From a virus: a stretch of 41,310 bases of DNA. Each line of letters opens with the position of its first letter. Within the stretch, counting starts at the first letter, position 1. The position numbers were made by a program, and so were the translations under genes. Shown one piece after another: positions 1 to 6,257 of this stretch. Where the stretch lies: the IMG/VR virus record IMGVR_UViG_3300045988_126245, positions 1-41,310 of that record. One strand, given 5' to 3'. The notes beneath the pieces are model-generated. The model saw only the letters and a program-made list of their open reading frames with translations. It did no database searches and was not told where the DNA came from.

Positions 1-55
1 GCCCCACCAGTGCTGACGATGGCAGGGCAGAAAGGAAAAGAAAATGAACGAGCAA
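1..55. repeat. Terminal direct repeat, copy 1. Identical to 41256-41310. Overlap of a circular assembly.
   Basis: Read directly: gccccaccagtgctgacgatggcagggcagaaaggaaaagaaaatgaacgagcaa occurs at both ends of the window. Confidence 0.95.
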
Positions 56-232
56 ATCAGTTCTTGCACATGGGCCGTCTGTTACGATATCGACGGGAAA
101 CACCAAGATGACGGAAAAACCAGAGCCTGCGTTGTTGCTGTATTCCGGTTCCCATTCGAGGCCCAAGACTTCATCGAGAAGTGCCTGCCCCAAAACGAAA
201 GATTCTACGTCAAAAATACGCAGCCCGCCTGA
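44..232 (+). CDS. Hypothetical small protein (62 aa). Its start lies inside the junction repeat.
   Basis: ORF track. Weak purine-rich RBS (aaaggaaaag) upstream. No recognisable motif. Confidence 0.45.
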   Translation: MNEQISSCTWAVCYDIDGKHQDDGKTRACVVAVFRFPFEAQDFIEKCLPQNERFYVKNTQPA

Positions 233-324
233 CGAAGACCGGACGGCAACCGGTCGAAACTATACCCGGCAGCCAGCCGGGGAAGTCGTGGGAAGCCACA
301 ACAACAACCAAGGAGGAACCAAAC

Positions 325-495
325 ATGAAAACATTCCTTGCCGTATTGCTCACCGCCGCCCTTGCCTTTGCAGGCGGCCACGCCGCCACAGTCTACACGA
401 TGGAGATCGAAACAGACGGGGACTGTGACAGCGCGTTTGTAACTACCCTGGGCCGTGAGTATTTTATGGGGGCCAACGGTTACGAGGTAGAATGA
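325..495 (+). CDS. Small secreted or membrane-anchored protein (56 aa) with an N-terminal signal-peptide-like segment.
   Basis: Internal ATG of ORF 181-495, preceded by aggagg (311-316). N-terminus is MKTFLAVLLTAALAFAGGHA. Confidence 0.55.
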   Translation: MKTFLAVLLTAALAFAGGHAATVYTMEIETDGDCDSAFVTTLGREYFMGANGYEVE

Positions 496-548
496 CATTG
501 ACCGAGTCAGAGAAACCATGCTATAATTTTAAAAAGGAGGGTCACCAA

Positions 549-1076
549 ATGAAAACTTACAACAAGAATTGGGATCAGATCATGTCGTTGATGGATGGAG
601 ACATCCTAGAGTACATCCGCTCCAATCTCTCCCCATGCTCTAACCAAGAGATTTTGATCCGCTATCTGGAGATTGTTCCAGAGTTCGAGAAAACACTGGC
701 TTTCCCTTTTAATCAAAACGAAATAGACTGTCTTGCATACGCCAGGGAACATGATTCGCTTGTGTGGTCGGAATTTACCCCAGAAAGCGTGTATGGGAAC
801 ATTTCTGTCATTCGTTTTGGTGATCACGTTTCCCTAATAACGCAAGTCGAAGAAAAAGGGAACTTTTCCATTTCTGCTTTGATATACAAGGGGCGCAGAA
901 TTTATTTCTGGCAAGGTGACAAGGGCGAACGGTCCAACATTCTAGCCGCGTCTGAACTGACCTATAAAAACTCCAGCTTTTATAGGGAGTATGTAAGAAT
1001 GTGGGAGCCGAAGTCTGTAATCAAAGGAAATGCCGACGATATTTATAACGCGGTGACTGGCGGAAAGCGCCGCTAA
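549..1076 (+). CDS. Hypothetical protein (175 aa), visibly AT-richer than the rest of the genome.
   Basis: Internal ATG of ORF 492-1076 with RBS aaaaaggaggg. No family recognised. Confidence 0.6.
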   Translation: MKTYNKNWDQIMSLMDGDILEYIRSNLSPCSNQEILIRYLEIVPEFEKTLAFPFNQNEIDCLAYAREHDSLVWSEFTPESVYGNISVIRFGDHVSLITQVEEKGNFSISALIYKGRRIYFWQGDKGERSNILAASELTYKNSSFYREYVRMWEPKSVIKGNADDIYNAVTGGKRR

Positions 1077-1082
1077 AAGCAA

Positions 1083-1111
1083 ATTGACAAGGCAGAGAAA
1101 TTGATATATAA
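1083..1111 (+). promoter_or_regulatory. Consensus sigma70-type promoter that drives the repeat-spacer-repeat RNA.
   Basis: TTGACA (1083-1088), 17-nt spacer, TATAAT (1106-1111). The predicted start near 1118 coincides with the first repeat. Confidence 0.7.
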
Positions 1112-1116
1112 TCCAA

Positions 1117-1209
1117 GCAGAACCCCACAGCGGTGGGGATGAACCGTGGAGGATAAGCGCTTATCCGTTTTCCGAAACATTTTTAACCCCACAGTAGTGG
1201 GGACGCAGA
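1117..1209 (+). CRISPR. Mini CRISPR-like array: type I-E-like repeat, 35-nt spacer, degenerate terminal repeat.
   Basis: R1 1117-1145 is CAGAACCCCACAGCGGTGGGGATGAACCG. R2 1181-1209 is TTTAACCCCACAGTAGTGGGGACGCAGAA. Both carry a 6-bp stem plus tetraloop, CCCCAC-NNNN-GTGGGG. The R1 3-prime tail ATGAACCG resembles the I-E handle ATAAACCG. Confidence 0.55.
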
Positions 1210-1210
1210 A

Positions 1211-1249
1211 AAGCCGCTCCGGATATACTCCCGGGGCGGCTCTTTTTTC
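1211..1249 (+). terminator. Rho-independent terminator that closes the mini-array transcript.
   Basis: 11-bp stem agccgctccgg / ccggggcggct, 8-nt loop, then cttttttctc. Confidence 0.8.
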
Positions 1250-1462
1250 TCTCGTTCTTGACACGATCTTGACAGGATTGGAAATGTTTTGACATGCTAT
1301 TTTATGCTGTTTTGTGCGCTGCATCAGGCCGAAACGAACGGCAAATCAGAACGCAGAAAACCCCGGAACCCATTGATTTCCAAGGGATCCGAGGTTTTCG
1401 CTCCATCCTGTATCACCAGGTCATAAGATTTTCCGGCTTTCTTTGGAAGAATATATTCCCCC

Positions 1463-2575
1463 TTACGCCCCAACGTCTCCTCCGACTTTGACAGAATTTT
1501 GACCCAAAAACGCATTCAGCTTCTCCGCCGTCTTCTCTCTCCGGCTCTGCCGGATGTGGGTATAGACGTCCCTCGTCACCTGAATGGAACTGTGTCCCAT
1601 CAGTTCTTTGGTATCCATCTCGTCAATGTTGGCGTCGTATAGCATAGTAGCAAATGCGTGACGGAGCTGGTGCGCGGTGATATCTGGCCGCCACTTCCGC
1701 CGCGTTTTCTTCTTTTGGGTTTTGGGGTCTACCTCCACGGTCACCAACTCATGGGCCAGCCCCGCAGCCTTGCACCATTCCAACCAATTTCTTTCTGTCT
1801 GGCTCTTTAACCAAGGCGCGTTACCGCCAAATAGGTACCCACTTCCTCCATCAGGAAGAACCTTTTCCAGCGCGTCCAGCAGAACCACGTCACGCCGTCC
1901 CGCCTTGCTCTTCGGTAGCTTAATCATAGGCTTTCCGCCCACGAAGCAAACGGATTTTGTCACATGGATCACCTTTTTCTTCCGGTCGATGTCCTCCCAG
2001 CGAAGTGCCAATAGCTCCCCGCGCCGCAGACCGGTATAGAGCAGCATATAGGCAAATAAGCCATTCTCTTTCTCCAGACCTTGCTTGACCTTTTCCTGCT
2101 GTTCTTCTGTAGGGGCACTCCGTTCTCCATCACTCAACCCGGCAGGCAGCTTTACTGGCCCACAGGGATTGCTTTTCGCCCATCCCCGAACAATGGAGAA
2201 ATTCCAGATCATCCGGAACATGTCCAGGTACACCTGCACACCACGGCGGCTATACCCTTGTCCCGCTATGTGATTGATGTAGGCGTCAATTTCATCCGGC
2301 CCAATGTCCTGGATCTTCCGCCCTGCAAAGTGTTCCTTTGCCCGGCGCAGCGGTGCCCGGTACATGACGGAGGTGTTGTACTCCACCTGTTCCGTGTGCT
2401 CCCGGTCCCAGTCATCCGCACAGGCCGCAAACGTCCGACCGCCCACCTGGTCCTTTTGCCAGGCCGCCATCTTCTGTTTCACCTCTTTCTGCGTCTTCCC
2501 GTAGAAATACTTTGGCTTCTTCATTCCCGGCAGGGTGATCTGCTCCTGCCACCGCCCATCTTTTCTTCTTATCAT
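1463..2575 (-). CDS. int: Tyrosine recombinase / phage integrase.
   Basis: 370-aa ORF. C-terminal catalytic region has RRGELLALRW ... HQLRHAFATMLY ... GHSSIQVTRDVYTH (R-H-R-Y pattern). The N-terminus is SAM-like. Confidence 0.93.
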   Translation of the reverse strand: MIRRKDGRWQEQITLPGMKKPKYFYGKTQKEVKQKMAAWQKDQVGGRTFAACADDWDREHTEQVEYNTSVMYRAPLRRAKEHFAGRKIQDIGPDEIDAYINHIAGQGYSRRGVQVYLDMFRMIWNFSIVRGWAKSNPCGPVKLPAGLSDGERSAPTEEQQEKVKQGLEKENGLFAYMLLYTGLRRGELLALRWEDIDRKKKVIHVTKSVCFVGGKPMIKLPKSKAGRRDVVLLDALEKVLPDGGSGYLFGGNAPWLKSQTERNWLEWCKAAGLAHELVTVEVDPKTQKKKTRRKWRPDITAHQLRHAFATMLYDANIDEMDTKELMGHSSIQVTRDVYTHIRQSRREKTAEKLNAFLGQNSVKVGGDVGA

Positions 2576-2586
2576 TGCATTTTCCT

Positions 2587-2607
2587 CCTACTATATGATA
2601 TAGTAGG
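2587..2607. promoter_or_regulatory. Perfect 10+1+10 palindrome immediately upstream of int, overlapping its RBS.
   Basis: CCTACTATAT-G-ATATAGTAGG. On the minus strand the 3-prime arm runs into TAGGAGGAAAA-N4-ATG of int. Confidence 0.4.
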
Positions 2608-2687
2608 GGTGCAGTAGGCCTTCGACAAACTTACTGTACCCCTTTTCCCGTCCCCAGGTGTTGGCGCACCAGGGGGCGGGGATTTTT

Positions 2688-2996
2688 TTATTGTCTAATA
2701 AGTCCGGCAAAAATAAATGCAGCGAGGCACCACCCCAGAGAATACTTTACGATCGTAAAGATCAACGCCTTTCCCTCCCGCTCCTTTATTCCGTCCCACG
2801 ACATAGAAACGATAAGGGTAATGGAAAACCAGATCAAAAAAGCTGCACCGAGGAAATTCTCAAGAAACATTGCCACTGTCGTGTCTTCTCTAATATGATA
2901 AGCTGCATATCCCATGCCAGCGGCGAGAGACGCCGGAACAATAGCGTAAATCGCCGCGTCCCTCCCTGCGTCCCTTTTCTCTTTGTACTGTCTCAA
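2688..2996 (-). CDS. Small multi-pass membrane protein downstream of the repressor. Candidate prophage-expressed exclusion or abortive-infection factor.
   Basis: ORF 2688-3041. The likely start is TTG at 2996, 7 nt after GGGGAGGAAG and 17 nt past the repressor stop. It has hydrophobic segments, for example FLGAAFLIWFSITLIVSM and LGWCLAAFIFAGLI. Confidence 0.55.
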   Translation of the reverse strand: MRQYKEKRDAGRDAAIYAIVPASLAAGMGYAAYHIREDTTVAMFLENFLGAAFLIWFSITLIVSMSWDGIKEREGKALIFTIVKYSLGWCLAAFIFAGLIRQ

Positions 2997-3012
2997 TGAT
3001 ACTTCCTCCCCC

Positions 3013-3660
3013 TCACACCAACGAAAACTCCACCCGCACAACCAGGCCCAGGATCTTCACCTGGGTCTTTGTAATGTCGAACACAAATGGCTTGTGTTCC
3101 GGGTTGGTACTTTGCGGCATCAGCGTCACAATGTTTCCCTCCTGGGAAAACCTTTTCAGCGTGGCGTCCTGTCCGTCGATCAGGCAAACCGCAATCTGTC
3201 CCTCTTCCACCACATCCTGGCGGCGCACAATGACGGTGTACCCATCCCGGATCCCGGCGGCATCCATGCTGTCTCCATGGACTCGCAGGCCGAAATATTC
3301 ATGTCCGCCGTTCAGGTCTGTGTAGGTGTATCCCTCTATGTTCTCTTCGGCATAGATAGGAGCCCCGGCAGCAATTCTACCAAGAAGGGGAATCCTTTTT
3401 AATTGCAATACCCCCTCTGGGACCTTCTGTCCTCTTTTCGATTCAATTAAATCGGATTTTTCTACACCGAAATATTGTGCAAGCATTTCAATCTTATCCA
3501 TTCTTGGGATGTTGATCCCCTTGCACCAAGTGGAAACGGAGGACGTAGACACCCCGCAAATCTTTGCGATGTCCTTTTGCGCCAGACCGCGGTCTCGCAT
3601 CATGTCACGCAAATTTTTTGCGAAAATCCTTCTGATCTCATCTTCCGGCATTGGTCTCAC
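3013..3660 (-). CDS. CI/LexA-type repressor with an N-terminal XRE HTH and a C-terminal S24 self-cleaving peptidase domain.
   Basis: HTH is LAQKDIAKICGVSTSSVSTW. S24 motifs are HGDSMDAAGIRDGY and a downstream LKRF lysine. Confidence 0.9.
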   Translation of the reverse strand: MRPMPEDEIRRIFAKNLRDMMRDRGLAQKDIAKICGVSTSSVSTWCKGINIPRMDKIEMLAQYFGVEKSDLIESKRGQKVPEGVLQLKRIPLLGRIAAGAPIYAEENIEGYTYTDLNGGHEYFGLRVHGDSMDAAGIRDGYTVIVRRQDVVEEGQIAVCLIDGQDATLKRFSQEGNIVTLMPQSTNPEHKPFVFDITKTQVKILGLVVRVEFSLV

Positions 3661-3673
3661 ATCCTTTTCTCCG

Positions 3674-3682
3674 ATTATACAT
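3674..3682 (-). promoter_or_regulatory. Candidate -10 element (ATGTATAAT on the minus strand) for the repressor gene.
   Basis: rc of attatacat, about 14 nt upstream of the repressor ATG. The same 9-mer precedes terS and the 127-aa late gene. Confidence 0.35.
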
Positions 3683-3719
3683 TAAAACCGGACAGAGTGC
3701 AATATAAATTTTCAAAAAA

Positions 3720-3761
3720 TCCAGTTTAACTATTGACAATCCAGTTAAACTGGACTACAAT
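3720..3761 (+). promoter_or_regulatory. Early rightward promoter with overlapping operators.
   Basis: TTGACA 3733-3738, 17-nt spacer, TACAAT 3756-3761. The spacer is a perfect 15-bp palindrome, TCCAGTTAAACTGGA (3740-3754). A half-site TCCAGTTTAACT lies at 3720-3731. Confidence 0.6.
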
Positions 3762-3787
3762 GGGACCATAAAAAGGAGGTGACGAAA

Positions 3788-3988
3788 ATGCAGATCTCTT
3801 TGAAGGCCGCCCGAGTAAATGCTGAGCTCACGCAAGCCCAAGTCGCCAAGTCCATCGGGATCAGCGAATCTACCCTAATCAAATGGGAGAACCGGCGAAC
3901 CTTCCCAAAGTCATACCAGCTTGAGGCTCTTTGCAATCTTTACCGCGTCCCCGTAGACTGTATTTCTTTAACTAAAAAATCCAGTTAA
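3788..3988 (+). CDS. Cro-like XRE-family HTH regulator.
   Basis: ATG after aaaaggaggtgacgaaa. HTH is LTQAQVAKSIGISESTLIKWENR. Confidence 0.8.
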   Translation: MQISLKAARVNAELTQAQVAKSIGISESTLIKWENRRTFPKSYQLEALCNLYRVPVDCISLTKKSS

Positions 3989-4049
3989 ACTTGAATCCTT
4001 GCGCAAGAAAAACGTTCGCGAGGCTACCACGAACGATGATAACTGACCA

Positions 4050-4075
4050 AAGCAAAAGGACCGCCAAAGCGGTCC
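4050..4075 (-). terminator. Terminator of the reverse-oriented lipoprotein gene.
   Basis: Minus strand reads GGACCGC-TTTG-GCGGTCC followed by TTTTGCTTTGG. Confidence 0.55.
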
Positions 4076-4088
4076 CATTGCTCGAAGG

Positions 4089-4580
4089 TTATGCCGGAGG
4101 CCCGCACCGGCTGCACGCCGTATACCCGGCCTGCTTAGCCTGGTACAGCGTCATCCCATGGCAGCTTTGCCTTAGATACTGGCAGCCATAGGAATGGTAC
4201 TTGCTCCCCGTGTCTGTGACATACACCGTCACGGCAGACTGGGACGCATAGCCGGACCCCTCGGAACTGGAGGACGTTGTCCCTCCGGAGTACGTCGCCG
4301 CAGAACTGGAGGAATCCTCGGAAGCCTCGCCCGCTTCCGCGATCCCAGCATCATATCCGGCGTCATACCCTTCGTCGTAGCCTTCGTCGCGCCCGTCTTC
4401 ATACCCTTCGGCTCGAGCGTCTTCCACCTGTGACGTTACATCGACAGAGGCAGCACCAGCAGCGAAAGCCTCATCATACGCCGCCTGGATTTCCTCTTCC
4501 GTCATCATTTGGCAGGACCCGAGCCCAAGGCAAAGAACGATGGCGGCAACCAGAAGCAATATCCTTCGCATCGTATTCAC
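4089..4580 (-). CDS. Lipoprotein with an acidic low-complexity linker and a C-terminal Cys-rich putative metal-binding domain.
   Basis: Signal peptide plus lipobox: RRILLLVAAIVLCLGLGSC. C-terminus is GSKYHSYGCQYLRQSCHGMTLYQAKQAGYTACSRCGPP. The gene is inverted relative to the flanking early genes. Confidence 0.75.
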   Translation of the reverse strand: MNTMRRILLLVAAIVLCLGLGSCQMMTEEEIQAAYDEAFAAGAASVDVTSQVEDARAEGYEDGRDEGYDEGYDAGYDAGIAEAGEASEDSSSSAATYSGGTTSSSSEGSGYASQSAVTVYVTDTGSKYHSYGCQYLRQSCHGMTLYQAKQAGYTACSRCGPPA

Positions 4581-4651
4581 CCCCTATTCCATCCTTTTAT
4601 ACCATAGATTCACCCGGGATGGAACAGGAAGCCACAAAAAGGAGGTACAAA

Positions 4652-4852
4652 ATGTCGAGAGAACACCCAGCCTACCGCGACAACCTGGAGGACCTGCTTA
4701 CCTTCTTCGGCGGCAAGCGCGTCCTCTCCATCAAAGAAGTGGCCCGGTACACCGGCAAGGACTGCCGGTGGGTCAAGGCCCACTTAGGGTTCCAGGATCA
4801 AAACTGTATCTCAGTTCCCACCCTGGCCCGGCGTCTCTGCGAGGGGGTGTAA
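4652..4852 (+). CDS. Small putative DNA-binding protein (HTH-like).
   Basis: ATG at 4652 after aaaaaggaggtacaaa. Contains LSIKEVARYTGKDCRWVKAHL. Confidence 0.65.
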   Translation: MSREHPAYRDNLEDLLTFFGGKRVLSIKEVARYTGKDCRWVKAHLGFQDQNCISVPTLARRLCEGV

Positions 4853-4853
4853 C

Positions 4854-5306
4854 ATGCCCACCTTCTATGGTTTGACCGTCTCCGCCGTTCGGAACGGCAA
4901 CAAGCGGCGCTATCCCAAATGCGCCGGCTGCCGGTACCTGTCCCAGTTCTGGACCTGTGACTATCTATGGCACACAAGGTCCAGCCGGATCAAGCAGGGC
5001 GTGCATACAGAGCCCCAGGGGGGCTGTTCCCTCTACCGGAGCAGCAAAACCCACCAGGAACAACTGCTGACAAAGAAAGCCCGCCAAAAGGCCTCCCAGG
5101 CCGTCCAGGAACGGAAGCGGAAACTCCCCCAAACCTTTGACCAGGAACTGGCCGCAACCCTCTACGACAAGGGCGCCAACGACCTGCAAATCGGCCTGGC
5201 CTGCAACGTCTGCAAAAAGACCGTTGCCAACTGGCGGAAATCCACGGGCCGCCCCAGCCACCAACCCCGTGGGAAAAATTATACCGAAAAGGAGAAAGCC
5301 CTATGA
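4854..5306 (+). CDS. Hypothetical protein with a Cys cluster and a C-terminal HTH-like segment.
   Basis: 150-aa ORF track entry. Contains CAGCRY...C and LQIGLACNVCKKTVANWRK. Confidence 0.6.
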   Translation: MPTFYGLTVSAVRNGNKRRYPKCAGCRYLSQFWTCDYLWHTRSSRIKQGVHTEPQGGCSLYRSSKTHQEQLLTKKARQKASQAVQERKRKLPQTFDQELAATLYDKGANDLQIGLACNVCKKTVANWRKSTGRPSHQPRGKNYTEKEKAL

Positions 5307-5467
5307 ACGCCATCCAGATCAAGAAAGCCGCCCTCGCCGAGGACACCATGATCCGGGCGATTGCTCCGGCCATGAAGAAGCGCCAGGCTGAGCAGGCCAA
5401 GAAGAGCCCCACGGCCCGCACCAACGCCGCCCTGGCCCGTCTCGGCATCCCTCTCCGGGTCCTGTGA
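5303..5467 (+). CDS. Hypothetical 54-aa protein. Too short for the 60-aa ORF track.
   Basis: ATG at 5303 after aaaaggagaaag, overlapping the upstream stop. Translation starts MNAIQIKKAALAEDTMIRAI. Confidence 0.4.
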   Translation: MNAIQIKKAALAEDTMIRAIAPAMKKRQAEQAKKSPTARTNAALARLGIPLRVL

Positions 5468-5643
5468 TCCGGGGGAAGCACCGCCTCTGCCATGTTTGCG
5501 GGAGGGACTGGAATGTCTCCAGTCTGGATCCAGGGGGCAAACACTACATCTGCCCACACTGCGAGTGGCAGAGGCGCAGAAAGGGGGCTGATGCCCATGA
5601 GCCGCAAAAACCCCTTCGAAGGCGGGACCCGTCCCTGGAATGA
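5464..5643 (+). CDS. 59-aa zinc-ribbon protein. Too short for the ORF track.
   Basis: GTG start shares GTGA with the upstream stop. My own translation is VIRGKHRLCHVCGRDWNVSSLDPGGKHYICPHCEWQRRRK..., giving a CxxC...CxxC pattern. Confidence 0.45.
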   Translation: MIRGKHRLCHVCGRDWNVSSLDPGGKHYICPHCEWQRRRKGADAHEPQKPLRRRDPSLE

Positions 5644-6061
5644 ACAGCCCCGCCCACCTGGCCGCCCGCAACGGACGGACCCGCCGCAGCTGATCTCTAT
5701 TTGCCTACACTGCCACTTAGAGGAGTGCCATCCAGAGAGCCGGGAGTGCCCCCTGAACCGGCAGTATCGCCGGAGGATGGAAATACCAAAGGACCTGGCA
5801 GACCTGGCAAAAACCATGACATACCAGGAACTGGGGGACCACTACTGTGTCTCTCCCGACCGGGCCAAGCGGTGGTGCCACACCCTGGGTCTCCCCCGAA
5901 AAACTGGGCGACCAAAGCGCCCCCGCCCCCCACGGTTCAAAGCCATGTACCTGAACGGGGTCGGGATCCACAAACTGATGCAGTATTTCCAAGTCGGGTC
6001 CGACGTCGTTCATCGTTGGATCCAAGAAACAGAGGAGGAGTTAGAACATGATTCAAGATAG
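5591..6061 (+). CDS. Hypothetical basic protein with Cys/His cluster and HTH-like repeats.
   Basis: Internal ATG (5591 or 5597) of ORF 5492-6061 after agaaaggggg. Contains CLHCHLEECH and two segments resembling YQELGDHYCVSPDRAKRW. Confidence 0.55.
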   Translation: MPMSRKNPFEGGTRPWNEQPRPPGRPQRTDPPQLISICLHCHLEECHPESRECPLNRQYRRRMEIPKDLADLAKTMTYQELGDHYCVSPDRAKRWCHTLGLPRKTGRPKRPRPPRFKAMYLNGVGIHKLMQYFQVGSDVVHRWIQETEEELEHDSR

Positions 6062-6257
6062 CACATACAAACCATTCCCGCGAAAAATTCAGGTGGACAT
6101 TACCGTTCAGCTGATTCAAAAGTTCATCAGAGAGGAAGCGCTCCAGGATTTTCTGGACTTCATCGTATCGGAAAACCCCTACCTTTTGGCCAACTACCTG
6201 GACAACCAGGAGGAGAATTTTTCCGAATGGCTTCTCTCCGGGGGAGGTGCGCAGTAA
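6048..6257 (+). CDS. Hypothetical protein (69 aa).
   Basis: ORF track. Stop and next start overlap as TAATG. Confidence 0.6.
   Translation: MIQDSTYKPFPRKIQVDITVQLIQKFIREEALQDFLDFIVSENPYLLANYLDNQEENFSEWLLSGGGAQ

Noticed and set aside
1294-1515. Small ORFs in the int-downstream region (1294-1491 plus strand, 1324-1515 minus strand), and a search for a tRNA 3-prime fragment as the attP core.
   Set aside because: The ORFs lack RBSs and overlap the int 3-prime end. I found no T-arm/acceptor-like sequence here, so the attachment core cannot be assigned from this window alone.
2610-2692. Hairpins followed by a T7 run on the plus strand between int and the membrane-protein gene, considered as a plus-strand terminator.
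   Set aside because: No plus-strand gene or promoter is upstream. The stems contain mismatches. The region may instead hold the int promoter or regulatory structures, and the evidence is insufficient for a call.
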